Part shown: piece after piece, positions 36,385 through 49,337 of the stretch
Layout: each line of letters starts with the position of its first letter
Position numbering within the stretch: position 1 is the first letter of the stretch
Assembly: GCF_021028975.2 (NCBI RefSeq)
Contig: NC_059429.1
Location: 112,406,001-112,470,000, forward strand
Direction of reading: 5' to 3'
Length of the DNA stretch: 64,000 nucleotides
Source: Sphaerodactylus townsendi
Taxonomy: Eukaryota
Position numbers and translations under genes: made by a program
Notes under the pieces: generated by a model
What the model was told of the DNA's origin: nothing
The model's database searches: none
Seen by the model: the letters and a program-made list of their open reading frames with translations, nothing else

Positions 36385-36667
36385 AAGAAGAGTTTGGATT
36401 TATGTCCTTCTTTTCTTAACAGTAAGAACTTACAAACTTATTCCCTTCCCCTCTCCACAACAGACAATTTGTAAGGCAGGTGGGGCTGAGAGAGGTCCCA
36501 GAGAACTGTGACTAGCCCAAGGTTACCCAGCAGGCTTCATGAATAGGAGTGAGCAAACAAACTTGGTTCACCAGATTAGAGTCCACTACTCATGGGGAGA
36601 AGTGGGGAATCAAACCAGGTTCTCCAGATTGGAGTCCACTGCTCTTAACCACTACACTATGATGGCT
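36385..36667 (-). mobile_element. tRNA/CORE SINE (Squam3-type)
   Basis: Minus-strand TAGTGTAGTGGTTAAGAGC A-box, GGTTTGATTCC B-box, CORE-like body, (TTC) tail. Confidence 0.82.
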
Positions 36668-37351
36668 GTGCATCAACATCATTTCCCCTAATCTCCAGAT
36701 TATGTCCTCACAGACTTCATACAGACAGTGAACAGTCTGAGTAAATAACACAGAACCTTTTGGCAGTTCATGAGCTAGTGGCCAAAGGTTAAACGATGCT
36801 TTGTGGAATCTGACTTACAGAGATAAAAAAAATTACTCTAAAGCCAAAACACAACTGCCCTACCTAGGTATAGGCCCTGCCTGGTAAGGCAGTAAAGGAG
36901 ACAGTCATCTCAGATGCATGTTTAAAATGCATTGCAGCTTCGATTCATTTGTTTTCCATAAGAAATATGATAGTTTAAATGCAAAAGCTCCACACAATGT
37001 GTAATATATCATATCACAAAGCTGAATACACTGAATTGATGGATTATTATACTATAAAGAAGAAGAGGAGGAGGAGGAGGAGGAAGAAGAGGGAGTTTGG
37101 ATTTATATCCCCCGTTCTCTCCTGTAGGAGACTCAAAGGGGCTTACAATCTCCTTGCCCTTCCCCCCTCATAACAAACACCCTGGGTGGGGTTGAGAGTG
37201 CTCCAAAAAGCTGTGTCTAGCCCAAGGTCACCCAGCTGGCATGTGTGGGAGTGCACAGGCTCATCTGAATTCCCCAGATAAGCCTCCACAGCTCAAGTAG
37301 CAGAGCGGGGAATCAAACCCGGTTCCTCCAGATTAGAATGCACCTGCTCTT

Positions 37352-37850
37352 TGTTGGAAGAAAGGGACTTTACGCTGTTTCCTGCCACAACCTATAGAGG
37401 GTTTTTTTACTAGATAGCCAGTGATTAGAAAGGGACCTAGGAATTTGTCACCTTTACTCTATCATGCTGGTCCTATTCTTTCATGTAGACTGATACTCTT
37501 AGGGACTTCCTCCCTTGCTTCTGCCTCCTTCTCAGAACTCTCCATCTTACTGTCACCATGCCTAGGGAGAGGATGTATCTCCTGCGCATCAGTCTCCATC
37601 CAGCTAGAATAGGATAGTTAGTGAACCTATCTCTCCACCCTTCTATCCAGAATGGAGTTCACTAATAAATACTCTTTTTAATAGATTAGAAACTACAAAC
37701 GACTATGACTTTCTTTTATGTCCTAAGCTCTCTCTCTACCAAGCTCAGCTACACGTGCATGCCAAAGTAAGCTCCGCTGTGTTTTAGCCTCTATGCACTC
37801 TGCTCAATGTGCAAAGGGAAAACACACACAAGGTGTTGTTTCCCCCAACA
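37352..37850 (+). mobile_element. Solo LTR #1 (499 bp)
   Basis: TGTTGG...CCAACA termini, 5-bp TSD CTCTT (37347-37351, 37851-37855), AATAAA at ~37664. Confidence 0.88.
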
Positions 37851-37867
37851 CTCTTAACCACTACGCC

Positions 37868-38334
37868 TGTAGGGGTGAGCCCGCGAACCCAGCAGAACCG
37901 TAGAAGGAGCGCCTGGCATGCCGGTGCCGGCTACGGCCTTCTGGGCGCACTCGCTCCCCCAACCCCCGTTCCCCCATGAGTCACAGGTCATAAGATGCCT
38001 GACTCACGGTCACCAGATGTCCCAGACAAAGGGACAAAGAGGCTCCTGCCCCCAGGTGTGGATTAGATCCAGACGCTGATGCTTCCTCCTGCACGTAGCA
38101 GCCCTATGAGATCATGCATCACATGATGGTCTCCCGCTCTCCCGCTCTCCTGCCTCCCGGTCCGCCCACATTGCCCCCCCTCTTGTAAACCCTAATAAAA
38201 GGAGGCAGAGCCTAGCACACGGGAGAGTTGCCAGGATCACGGGATCCCGCGCTTCCTGCTACTGGCTCTCTCCACCAGATGGAATCTCTGCGTGTCGTCT
38301 CTTCCTTGGGGCCTCGTGGGCAAGACTACAAGCA
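37868..38334 (+). mobile_element. Solo LTR #2 (~465 bp, CpG-rich, probably young)
   Basis: Starts TGTAG. Ends either CTACA (38330) or AGCA (38334, followed by 4-bp TSD CGCC matching 37864-37867). TAATAAAAGG at ~38194. Confidence 0.82.
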
Positions 38335-39851
38335 CGCCACTGCTTAAGATAAAATATGTATGCTGATGAAATATCGTTTCATAGCATATTATGTTTATAT
38401 TTTAAAAAAACCTTGATGACACAGAATGTCTCAGTTTCTGGGCAGAGTAGGAGTGTCAGGGCTCTGATGCCCCTGGGTGAAGCAAAATAAAAATGGAGTG
38501 AGAGAGGATGCCACATGCGATGCCACAATGATACGTCTGGTTTCGTTCCTGGAAAAGATTTGGGAAATTCCTAGAGCACTGCAGAATGTCCTGACACGTA
38601 TCCAGAAGTGGCGTGACAGCACTGTGCAACACCAATTTCCACAGTTCATGTCCCTCAATCTTTCTGGGGGTGCCAACCAAGCATTCCTAACAATGAGAAA
38701 TATGACAACGTTGGAACATTTTTCACTAATCATAATAGGGTCCTCCTCTGCGCTCTCATGTTTTTGCGAAAGTGCTGTCACATCACAGCTGGTTTTTGGC
38801 AACCCTGTTGTGTTTTCAAAGCAAGAGACTAACAGAAGTGGTTGGCCCTTGTAAACGTAAAATCTTTCCTCTTAAAATCGAGAGGAAAGTTAATAGCCAG
38901 ATTGAATACCTTTTGCCTCTTCTTACCATTTTTACAGATTTTCCTAATGACTGCTATCACTTGATTGAAACATTCAGGATAACTCCATTTGGTAGATGTT
39001 TGTATAACTGAAGAAGTCAGTTATATTAACCCAGAATCTCTCAATGAGCAAACAGATTTATATGTCTGGACAAGCTCCCTTATTAGTAGACTGTATACGG
39101 AACATTTTACAGAAAAATTTAAAGTATAATTTACTGTAGTGCTGTCAGCTTACATCACTATCATAATATCGGTACAACATTATCAAAGATTTGCATCAAA
39201 CCACTAGATTAAAAATATTGGGCCAGGTAGGCTTCAGACATTTCCCCCCACATTTTCTAAGTGTTCCTCAGTAAAGCAGCATGGAAACTTCTCCAAATGG
39301 AGAATTCCACACATTTTTTGGAATGCTAAAACATTTGGTACATCAGGGAACCTTCCTGTGCAGGTGTTATGGGCAGCACAATCCTCTGTCCAAGGTAGTC
39401 GCAGACAGCACTGATGCACTTCTGCCCTGCTGCCTCCAGAGGGCTTTCTGGTGGTGCAAGAAGGCAGAATCCCCCCTCCGCAACACCCCCCTACCAGAAA
39501 GCCCTTTCAGGGGCTTAATGAACTTATGCCACTAAGTCCAAGCCCAGGGCTATGGCACAACTGTTCATAAACCTGGGATGGAAGCTGACTAACATTGGCT
39601 CCATCCTTGGGAATGCCCCAGCTGTGCCCCCGCCCCATCCCAGCATATAATTTTATGCCAGTGCAGCTTCCTGGGAGCCCAGACTTCCAGGTTCCACCAC
39701 TGCAAAACTGAGGGGTGGCCAGCTGATGGCACTTTGCCCCCTGAACCAACAGGGGTGCCCTTTGTGCCAGTGGAGGGGGCAAATGCATCGGCACAGCTGT
39801 GTGTGTCACCTCCACGATGTCATTTGCTCCCTCCCCAATTGGATTGGTTGA

Positions 39852-40070
39852 TAGGTTTCCAAACCTCCAGGTGATAGTTAGAGATTTCCTGCTATTACAA
39901 GTAACTTCCAGGCAACAGAGATCAGTTTATCTGGAGAAAATGGCTGCTTTGGAAGGTGGACTTTACGGGGAACATATCCCGTTGAAGTCCCTCCCCTCCC
40001 CAAATCCTGTCCTCCTCAAGCGATACCCCCAAATCTCCGAGTATTTTGCAACTTGGAGTTGGTAACTCTA
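39852..40070 (+). mobile_element. hAT MITE (TAGGGTTGCC-type TIR)
   Basis: TAGGTTTCCAAACC...GTTGGTAACTCTA; homologous to 34197-34411. Confidence 0.7.
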
Positions 40071-40774
40071 GGTGGGACCCAAACGTCCTTAACAGAGCCA
40101 GCAAAACATGAGATTAACTTAACATGTAAAAAAATTCTGCCTGTGAACTAGTAATACAACAAGACTGTCACCAGGTGCTTTGGCATTTGCCACACTTGTG
40201 CAAAAGAACAAAAATACACAGAAAGAAAACTATATTGGCAAATTTAAGACGTTATTGAGAGAACTGCCTCTTGTCTCATAATTTGTAATGGAAACTTGTG
40301 CTTACTGTCTCATCTTTTTTTACCCCCTACCTTTATGATATTTGGCATTCCCACTACTAGGCGCAGAAAGAAAAATGAACAGCACAAACATTTTTCTTTT
40401 GGCTAATACCATGTGCACAAATTCAAAGTTATGGCATTAAAACTTAGAATACTTTTCTATGAAGTTAGAAATGTGTTAAAGTGAAAAGTAGAAATGAGCA
40501 CTCCACTAAATTACCGTGACTTCAAAGCTCTTTCTAAAAGGCAATGCAATCAAGAAGGGATTCCAGTTTTATGATTAAAGAAAAACACCCTGAAAAGTTC
40601 TTAAAGCAGTTTCAATTTTCTACCCGTCCCTACCTTCAGACCTTAAAAACATTCTCTTACACCTAACATTGTGTGTCTTGTTCTCACAAGTACCTAACAC
40701 ATCTTATACAAAGGGAGGAAGATTACAAATTATATCCGAGTCAGTAATTCAGCAGGGCATAGAATATTAGTCAT

Positions 40775-41140
40775 TTTTATTTATTTATCATTTGATTTCT
40801 AGGCCATCCTTCTGCTTGGCGGGCTCAGGATAGCTTACGACAGAAAATTCAACATATTGAAATTGCAGTCTATACATTACAAAGGGCTCCATAACATCAA
40901 TCCCTAACTAACAAGGGGCATGAATTGAAGGAAAAGACAGGAGGGAAAAAGGAGAAGGAAAAAAAAAGGATGCGAAATGGTAAGGGAAAAGGAGAAATAT
41001 GGGGAAAGGAACAAGGGGAAGGAAGGGGAAGGGAGGCCAGATATGTTGGAATGCCATTGCTGCCTTCGACCATAGGCCTGGTAGAATAACTCCATCTTAT
41101 TGCTGAGGAACTGTGATAGGTCCTGCTGGGCCCAGGTCTT
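40775..41140 (-). mobile_element. L2 LINE 3' end
   Basis: (TTTA)n tail on the plus strand; minus-strand QDLSQFLxxxKMELFYQAYG L2 C-terminus. Confidence 0.7.
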
Positions 41141-41178
41141 GTTTTTGTGGTTTCCCTGTTGCTGATGAGGCTGTAAAT

Positions 41179-41382
41179 AAGGTTGCCAGTTCCACACTGG
41201 GAAACACTTGGAGATTTTGGGGATGTAGCCTGCTGAGGGCAGGGTTTGGGATGGGGGTGGTGGTGGTGGTAGAATGGAATATAGTGCCATAGTGTCTACC
41301 TTCCGCAGCAGCCATTTTCCCCAGAAGAACTGATCTCTGTAGCCTGGATATCTGCAACCACCACCTAAAGATTGGCAATCCT
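41179..41382 (-). mobile_element. hAT MITE (TAGGGTTGCC-type TIR)
   Basis: AAGGTTGCCAG...TTGGCAATCCT; reverse complement of the 34197 family. Confidence 0.7.
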
Positions 41383-41609
41383 GTCTGCAGATGAAGTGCA
41401 GCAGAAATGGGTCTTCCACATGGCAGGTTTCCCTACAATGTCCCTGCCTCAGTTCCACAGAAGTGACCCACCTTCCCCTGGGACACCAGGGCTTTTGCCA
41501 TTTTTTTAAAAAAATCAACACTAGAATACTGTTATATTTATATATTATTGTAACAATAGGGCAGCAGGTTCTCTGAATGTCCATCTCCCTTTTTTAAAAG
41601 TAAGTCCCT

Positions 41610-41811
41610 GGCTGATTACCCACTGGTGTTCGGGCACACGTTGGGCAAAAAATCTTGTCCCAACACGCTTTCTCTTTGCAGCGCGTCAAGAGAGGAGGCG
41701 TGTTGGAGCAAAATTTCTTGTCCCAATACGCTTTCTCTTGCCCCGTGGGAAAAGCAAAAACACTTCTGGCAGGACTTCTCGTGCCAGAGCAGGGTGAGGG
41801 TGGGGAACAGC
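41610..41811. mobile_element. Harbinger-like MITE with internal ~60-bp tandem units
   Basis: TIRs GGCTGATTACCCAC / GTGGGGAACAGCC; repeated GTTGG(A/G)CAAAA..TCTTGTCCCAA(C/T)ACGCTTTCTCTT. Confidence 0.6.
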
Positions 41812-44800
41812 CTGCACTCGGTAATCGATCTCTATCTCCTTCCTTTGGGAAGGTACGCCTTTTTCCAAGGATAGCCGTATTAGAGCATAGAGACTTTACA
41901 TTCCTACTACGTTATGAACACATTGTCTCCTTAGTGCAGCTGTAAGGTGAACCCCAATAAAAGAGGCCTCTCTGCTAAGCCGGAACCTACAAAGTTAATA
42001 GCTCTGAAAAGTTTTATTTCTCTAAAAAGCATTGTCCTTGCAGATGTGCCAGAATGTGTGAAGGCTTGACCGCAGACTGCTCGCCATGTAGAAAATAAGA
42101 TAAGTCGTATCCTGTACTTGGGGTGTACTTGTCAAAACTGCCAAAGTTTCTCTGAGAAACACGTCTCGATGCGGTGTCCTTGTGATTCTCAGAAAAGCCA
42201 CCTGCACTCTTCTCCTCCTGACCCCCTCCCCAGGGAGCTTTGCTTCATGGTTATCTGTGACATGTAGCTATATCAAACTATTGCTTGAGCCAACAAACTG
42301 GTCGCCAACCACGTATACCGGAACTCACCCAAATTTAGACAAGACATAGACAGGAGGAAGGGGAGGTGAAATATTAATTAAACCAATCATTAATCCAATG
42401 ATGCTTGTTGACGTACCACTATATAACCCAATGTATTGCTAGAAAAAGCTGTCCTGGACCCAGTAAGCTTACTGTTAAGAGCTCTGGAAATAAACTTTCA
42501 CTGATTTTTCAACCAGTTGCCTTTTTGCAACTGATTTTGTATCACTGTGGATTTTGGAAGTGGATTATGAAACACGACCAAGGTTTTTGGTGTGAGGGTG
42601 TTTTTTTTTTTTGGTCGCTCACATTTATTTTTCAAGGCACTTAACATAAGAAATAAAAATAACACCAGATAAAGCAGGTCAGCAGAAGATGATTCTCTTC
42701 TCTCAACCCCCCCCCCCCCACAACTTCAAAATGGCTGTCTGCTGATTAAAGTCTGAAGGGGAATAAGATGTGTGGGAGCTGGACCAGTCAGTCAGGGTGA
42801 TGGAAAAAGCTCTGGGCCTTTTCGCCTTCTGCAAAGCTACAGGTCTGGATACAAAGCAGCAGCTGCTGCTGCTTCCAGGTAAAGTTTTCTGCTCTGAATT
42901 CACTCAGCACAGCCCTATGATTACCAAGTGGCTAATTTAAACTCTATTGTGCCTTCCCTTATGAGTTTATGACCCACAGAGATCCCAAGAGGAAGTTCAT
43001 TAGAGCTCCTGTAATCATTTCAATGGAGCTGAATGAAGGAGAATTAAGAGACTGAATTTCCTGGGGTTGCTCTAACTATTAAAACTGAGGTGGGGTGGGG
43101 GAAGCCACCTAAAATGTTTTGGAAAAGCTGTTAACGGTGCAGACCGAGCCGTACTAAATAAATATCAGCAGTGCGACCGCTAATGTATGTTTGAGTTTCT
43201 TCCCACATTTCCCATCCCTGAGCCTCATAAACATCCACGTTACTGGAGAAGTTCATTTGTTTGTGGCTTTATGCTCAGAGACCACATGACCTGTCCTTCT
43301 TCCTCTAAGTTCTGAAATCATACAGAAAGCCATATAAATTCCATTTGCATTGGTCTGTGGTAGTGCTCATGAAACGCTGGGTTATGTTTAGTGGGTGTAA
43401 TAAAAGTTAAGATAAGAATAACCAGGCTCAGTAGCTTTTACAGCTCAAAATGTATTGCTTTTTTAAAAAGGTCTCGTGGGCCACTCTGCTACATCTGTGT
43501 TTGTAAAAAGGTGGTTCCTTCTGTAATTTAATCTTTGAAGTGTTTCATGCTCACCCTCACCCATTATCATAAAGCCTAAAGATTATAGCTCAGATGGCTA
43601 TTCCGGAGGGCATAATATTGGCTAGAGAAGAGATTGATGGTAGAGGGCTACAATGGAGCCTAATGCCTCTTTCTCTATTATAGCAGAGTTATTAGAAATC
43701 TTCACACCGGCCCACAGCTTTAAAAATAAATAATAGATGACTTGAATAGGTTTCCAGAAGTTTGTACGCTGTAAAGATGGAGATATGGCTCACCAGTAGC
43801 AAGTCAGAATTCTGGGCCCCATCCATAAAGAAGTCCTCCTGTGTAAGTCTTATTGAAATGAACCGGAGCAAGCTTGAACAACTCCAGCTCATTTCCACTA
43901 GGCCTGCTGAGGAGAATTTCCTGGTAAATTATGTCCACTTGGAATTCAGCACCTCGTATTCTTCTACAAACCTAGCACAAATTCTTGGTTTTTTAAACAC
44001 ACTTAAGATGAAGTAAAACAATAAAAAAGAAGTGCAACGTTAAGCATAGAAAACTTTATGGCGTAAGAATACAGTCTTTCTTTTTCTTTCTTTTTACACT
44101 TCTGCTAGACCATGATTTTCAGAGTCTAACAGCAACATTCTCACGTAGATACACGGAGTGCTGACTTTAAACCAGCTTAATAAATCTGTTTTGATGCATC
44201 TTCAAAGCCTACTCCACACCTTTGATATCTGCAGCTTTATTAATATTTCCCTTTATCGCCTTCAGCTTAATTGTGCACATGGGAATATTCTTACCAGGAG
44301 TTTAAAGGTCAAGTATGTTATTAAATTAACTTCTGCTCAGGGAAAGCTTGATGAAGCAAGAATATAATGGCTTTTTCCAGGACCTTATTCACACCAAGTA
44401 GTTTTGGAAAATCAATGGATTTAAATCAATATCATAAGATTTTATAGATTAAGGAACAGCAACCAGATTCTCATTTGCTAAAAAATCTGATCAGTCAGTT
44501 AAAAATATGAGCTCTACAAAAGGGAAGCGGTGCAATAAATGCCATTCTAACAGTCTAACCATGGTCATGGCCCATCAGGGATTTTTAATTGCTGCTTAGC
44601 CAGGGGAAGAAGAAAATTTCCTCATTTCAGCTCTGCAGTCTCAGGGGTGGAGCTGTCTATGAAGATTGTACACAAACATATAGAAATCTACTCACTGATT
44701 GACAGGGGTGTCAAATAGCCGGCAGAAAAATGTTCTGTCCTCAGAGGTTTAATGTGTGGAAATGGGCAGCTGAAACTTTTAATGATGTGGAGGAAAACAG

Positions 44801-44873
44801 CATTAACTGGTATTTGCTGCAGATTAAGTGGATATTAAAGAGACAGCTAGAGGGAACAAGTTAGAAGTTAGCA

Positions 44874-45076
44874 GCCCTGTCTAGCCTGATTAGGTCAGCT
44901 CTCAGAAGCTAAGCAGGATTGGCCCTGGTTGGTGTTTGGATGGGAGACCACCAGGGAAGTCCAAGGTTGCTACACAGAGGTAGGTAATGGCACACAACTT
45001 CTGTTCACCTCTAGCATTGAAAACCCTGCAGGGACACTGCAAATCAGCTGTGACTTGATGGCACTGTCCACTACCA
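44874..45076 (+). mobile_element. 5S rRNA-derived SINE with well-preserved internal control region
   Basis: A-box AGCTAAGCAGG (44907-44917), C-box TGGATGGGAGACC (44937-44949), then a non-5S tail. Confidence 0.82.
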
Positions 45077-46496
45077 GGGCTAAGTTTCCCTGACCAACTG
45101 CTAAAAGGATTTCCTTCAATAGCCTTCTCCTTGCTCTCTTTTTGAAAGACAGTAAAGTTCATTTTATTTGGATTTTTCTAAAGGTATTTATCTAGATCAA
45201 GTCAAATCTGAACTCTTCCTAAAAGCTAAAATGACTAATATGAGTCTATTGTTCTTTGGTCACATTATGAGAAGAGAAGAGTCACTGGAAAGGACAATAA
45301 TGCTAAGAAAAGTTGAAGACAGCACAGGCAAATAAACATGGGTTAAGGGCAGGATAAAACCCGGGTTGGGGAGGAACTTCGCACGGATCCAGCTCCCCTC
45401 CAACCTGGATTTTACAAGAATCACAATATGTGGGATTCTTTTTAACGCTTCTCATGGCTGCGGCTGTGAGGCCAGTTATGCGGCTGGGGTTTTTGTTTTT
45501 GCTTCCCTTCCAGCTCCCATCTGCAGATGCAGGGACATCTGCCTTCAGCAAGGCTCTGGGGGACCAAGGATGCCTGCCTGTGGAGCTGCACAGTGGTGGG
45601 AGGTAAGTTTTAAGACAATAGACACGCCTCCATGTGAAAGTGTGCACCCCGGCCGATGTGCTGGCTGTCCAGTGGACAGCCAGCCATTCGAACAGCCCGG
45701 GGCTATGCCGGGTTAGTTTATCTGCAACCTGGTCTAAATTTGCTGTGTGGAGAGGGCCAAAGTCTTAACATGAAATGGATTAAGGAAGCCACCTCACTTT
45801 GCAAGACGTGAGCAAGGCTGCTAATAATAGAACATTTTGGAGGTCATTGATTCATAGAGTTGATATGAGTCAGCAGCAACCTGATAGCATTCAATTAATA
45901 CATGAAGACATATTCCACTATTTCCCCCTCAAGTGGATTATAACATCATTTTCCCCATCCCTATTTTAACCTCACAAGCACCCTGTGAGGTTGGTTAAGC
46001 TGAGAGAGAGAGTGACTAGTCCAAGGTCACCTACAAACCCTCAATAGCTAATAGTTCTTCAAACATTCTCCAATAAAACCACTAATAAAATCGAATTCAT
46101 GCTGTGAAACACCAATAAAACAGCAGCCTAAACATTTGAAACTCTTTAAAAACTCTATCAGGAGAGCCATAAAACCAACAGTGAATCAGCATGCAACTCA
46201 TTATATATTTCACGTGAGGCAAAAGAGTGAGGGAGAAAGGCAAACCAGCCCAAAGCCTGAGTAAAAAAAAAGATTTTCTCATGAAAGCTAGCAGTGCCTA
46301 GTGCACAGTTGTGGAAACAACATAACCAAACTAGAGTTACCAACACCAAGAAGACTCTGTCCTTCGTGGTCATCCATAATTTGAGAAAAAAACAGGATTG
46401 GTTCCTCATAGGTTATTTTTCTAACAAATTATATTATTCAAGTAGTTCATTCCACTAATGATGCTAAACAAACTAAACAAACTGAACATTGACGTG

Positions 46497-46640
46497 CTGC
46501 GTGGTTTCCGGGATGTATGGCCGTGTTCTAGTAGCATTCTCTCCTGACGTTTCGCCTGCATCTGTGGCTGGCATCTTCAGAGGATCTGAAGATCCTTCTT
46601 CAGAGGCATCTTCAGAGGATCTGTGGCTGCCATCTTCAGT
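46497..46640 (-). mobile_element. Penelope-like element remnant
   Basis: Same family as 16957-17050 in reverse orientation; junction TCTTCAGAGGATCTGAAGA and tandem TCTTCAGAGG repeats. Confidence 0.8.
46541..46584 (-). ncRNA. Minimal type-I hammerhead ribozyme motif (Penelope-associated)
   Basis: Minus strand UCCU-CUGAAGA-U-GCCAGC-CACAGAU-GCAGGC-GAAAC-GUC-AGGAG: stem I UCCU/AGGA, CUGANGA core, stem II, GAAA, palindromic ACGU stem III, GUC cleavage triplet. Confidence 0.7.
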
Positions 46641-47624
46641 AGGACATTGGGCTTTGCCCTTGGGCTTCCTCTATGTGGGTGGAGGTCTGTGGCGCTTTTC
46701 ACACAAATCACCTAAAATATTTGTAAAACTTTTTCAATACCCCCTTTACTATGATGTTTGTCTGCAGTCACCCCCTCAAAATGATTTGCGGCTGCTTCAG
46801 TGTTTCAATGCTTCTTGCTGCAATTCTCTGTAGCTCGTATAGTCAATGCTTTGAAGATGTTACCCCCCATAAAAACACACACAGAGAAATGATGAAACTA
46901 AACAGGCAAGGGGGAATAATGGAGTGAGCTCAGTGACACACACACACACACACACACAAAGGTGCTGAGGAAGAAGTTTGGGAACAGCAAAGAGGCATGA
47001 AAAACATAGTAAATAGATTGCCCAGCAAGTGAAATGTTTTGAAAAGGCATTTCTGGAAGGTTAACCAATTCAGAGTAATCAAGATAAATATTGCTATCAT
47101 TTAGACCAAAATTGGGGCTTCATTTTGCTCCTTGCAAAGCAATGGTCTGAATGCATTTATCATTCTGAAATTACATAAAAGGGCACTGCAAAAAAAGAAA
47201 CTGCAAATAAGCTCTCATTTTAAGTACTTTGGGAACAAAGCGGTCCATGAAAATAGAAGCATCATCCTTATATGATTTTTGCTAACAGACCTTGTCTTAT
47301 TCTTGCCTCTGAGGTCAACTTATTTAATTATGAATGGTGGTTTATGTTTTGCACCGCTGCTATTGCCTTGTGACAGGAAGAAGGATGAGCAGAACAAACC
47401 ACTGAAAAGGAATGGTATGATGTTTGTAAGTAGGTGCCCCTTGGAGCTCAATTTCAAGAGGAACTGATCAAGCTGATAGTGAACTATCAGCCCACCAAGA
47501 GGCGATGGTATCCCTGGATATTTGGAGACAAGTATATGAATTCCACCCTGACCTCCATGGCCCAGGCTGGAGTGATCTCATCAAGTCTCAGAAGCTATGC
47601 AGGGCTGACCCTGACAAATTGAAC

Positions 47625-47834
47625 TGTGGTGGAAAGTGCCATCAAGTCACAGCTAACCTTTGCCAACCCCGTAGGGTTTCCAAGGCAAGAAAGGAGCAGA
47701 GATGCTTTGCTATTGCCTGCCTTTGTGTAGCAATCCTGTCCTTCTCTCATCCAAGTACTAACTGGGGCTGACCCTGCTTAGTTTTGGAGATCTGATGAGA
47801 TTGGGCCAGCCTGCCCTAGACCATCCAGGTCAGG
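47625..47834 (-). mobile_element. 5S rRNA-derived SINE
   Basis: Plus strand CATCCAAGTACTAACTGGGGCTGACCCTGCTTAG is the reverse complement of the 5S ICR. Confidence 0.8.
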
Positions 47835-49159
47835 ACAAACTTAAGTACTATCTCTCATTCTTGGCCAATCAAACCTACATTCAGATTTTTTAGTGCTCTA
47901 GGACAACTATGACTTTGGCATTACCCACCCTATCCAATGCAGAGAAAATCAAGATAATTTGTTAATATATTTTTAAATTCAGAAAATGGCCATTTTTGCC
48001 TAATTTGGTGTCCATTAAAGCCTGCTACCTTAGGTGGCTGCCTAGTTTTCCTATATGGTCAGCCCAGCCCCTATGCATAGCGCCACAACATTTTTGTGAA
48101 TTAAAAAAGACACATGGCGATTGACCCAAGTAGGTGACCCTAACCACCTGGGGAAAAAATGGAAGAAGTTTTCCCCCCAATATGCATTGTGACAGACAGC
48201 TGCGTTGCAAGGAGTTGTCCCGGTAATAGAACCCCCATGATTGACAGAGAGTTCTATGTCCAGAATAACTCCTTACAATGCAGCTGTCCAACACAGCACT
48301 GTGCTTCCAAGTATCTGCAGCACTGGTAACTTTATTTTTATTCAAAAATTCTTGGTGGCCACTCTTGGACCACTGACTAGCACTGAGATTTCTCTGCTGA
48401 ATTGACAGCACATTGAAGAAGACTTCAGGTTTCAGCAGGAAGCTTGGAAAGTCCTTTTCAAAGAAGAAGTACAATGTCTTCTGCTATGGATAGTTTCACA
48501 AATACCCTCCCCCTTCTTTCTTGTCCATGATAAAGGGTTGTGAAGAAATCAGCAATGAGACAGGCTAACATTAAACCACAGATGCTGTGATAATGGAAAG
48601 GGTTTAGGGAACCAATTAACATTCTCCAACAGAGCAAGAGGCGCTTGTTTTGAACTCTGCCCAACATGTACAGGAAACTTGGGAGTGCACTAAAAAATTT
48701 CACACCTAAGTCTTCTTTGCTCTGCCTTTTATTGCTGAAGACGCTGGAAACATAACACAGTGCATCTCACCAGTGATATTGCACTTACCTGGAGTGACCC
48801 TGTTGAGCTGCTGCCAGAACTGCATTCTGGCACCTCCCGTGAAAACTGCCAAGATCTGCTGACAGCAGCAGCCAAGGAGGACAAAGATTCAGACAATGGA
48901 TTCAGTTTCTAATTAATGATTAAACCTTTTGGTCCTGCAATGTTAGCTTCTCAGTAAAAGCACTGATGTTGTTCAGGACTCAGATGTTGAACTTAAGGTC
49001 TCTCGAGTTGTGTCTGCATAAGCACAGACCGGCTGGTTGCAGACTAGATTTTATTATTTTTTCTTTAGTTGATTTTGTTACATGTTGGAAAAGTTAATCA
49101 GTACAGTGTGGTGTACTGGTTGAGGTGTCGGACTAGGACAGGGGTGGCCCCTGCACCGT

Positions 49160-49337
49160 CTTCAAGGCAAGAGACATTCAAAGGTGGTTTGCCATTGTCA
49201 GACTCTGTATAGTGACCCTAATATTCCCTGGTGTAGTGACCCTAATATTCTCTCATTCAAATACTGACCAGGGCCAACCCTACTTGGCTTCCAAGATTTG
49301 AAAAGATCAGGTTGGCTTGGGCTATCCAAATCAGGGC
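49160..49337 (-). mobile_element. 5S rRNA-derived SINE
   Basis: Same family as 47625; internal ~21-bp tandem duplication TAGTGACCCTAATATTC. Confidence 0.7.

Larger units (their letters stand above)
37058..38344 (-). mobile_element. tRNA/CORE SINE (Squam3-type) interrupted by two solo LTRs
   Basis: Body 37058-37351 matches the SINE at 31475. Its head is split into CACCTGCTCTT | CTCTTAACCACTACGCC | CGCCACTGCT by the insertions. Confidence 0.88.

Noticed and set aside
40904-41584. 226-aa ORF
   Set aside because: Chance read-through across a hAT MITE and an L2 3' end, with a pyrimidine-rich low-complexity tail.
44874-44970. 5S rRNA gene
   Set aside because: Diverged from 5S, lacks the 5S termini and oligo-T terminator, and is fused to a tail shared by several dispersed copies, so it is a SINE.
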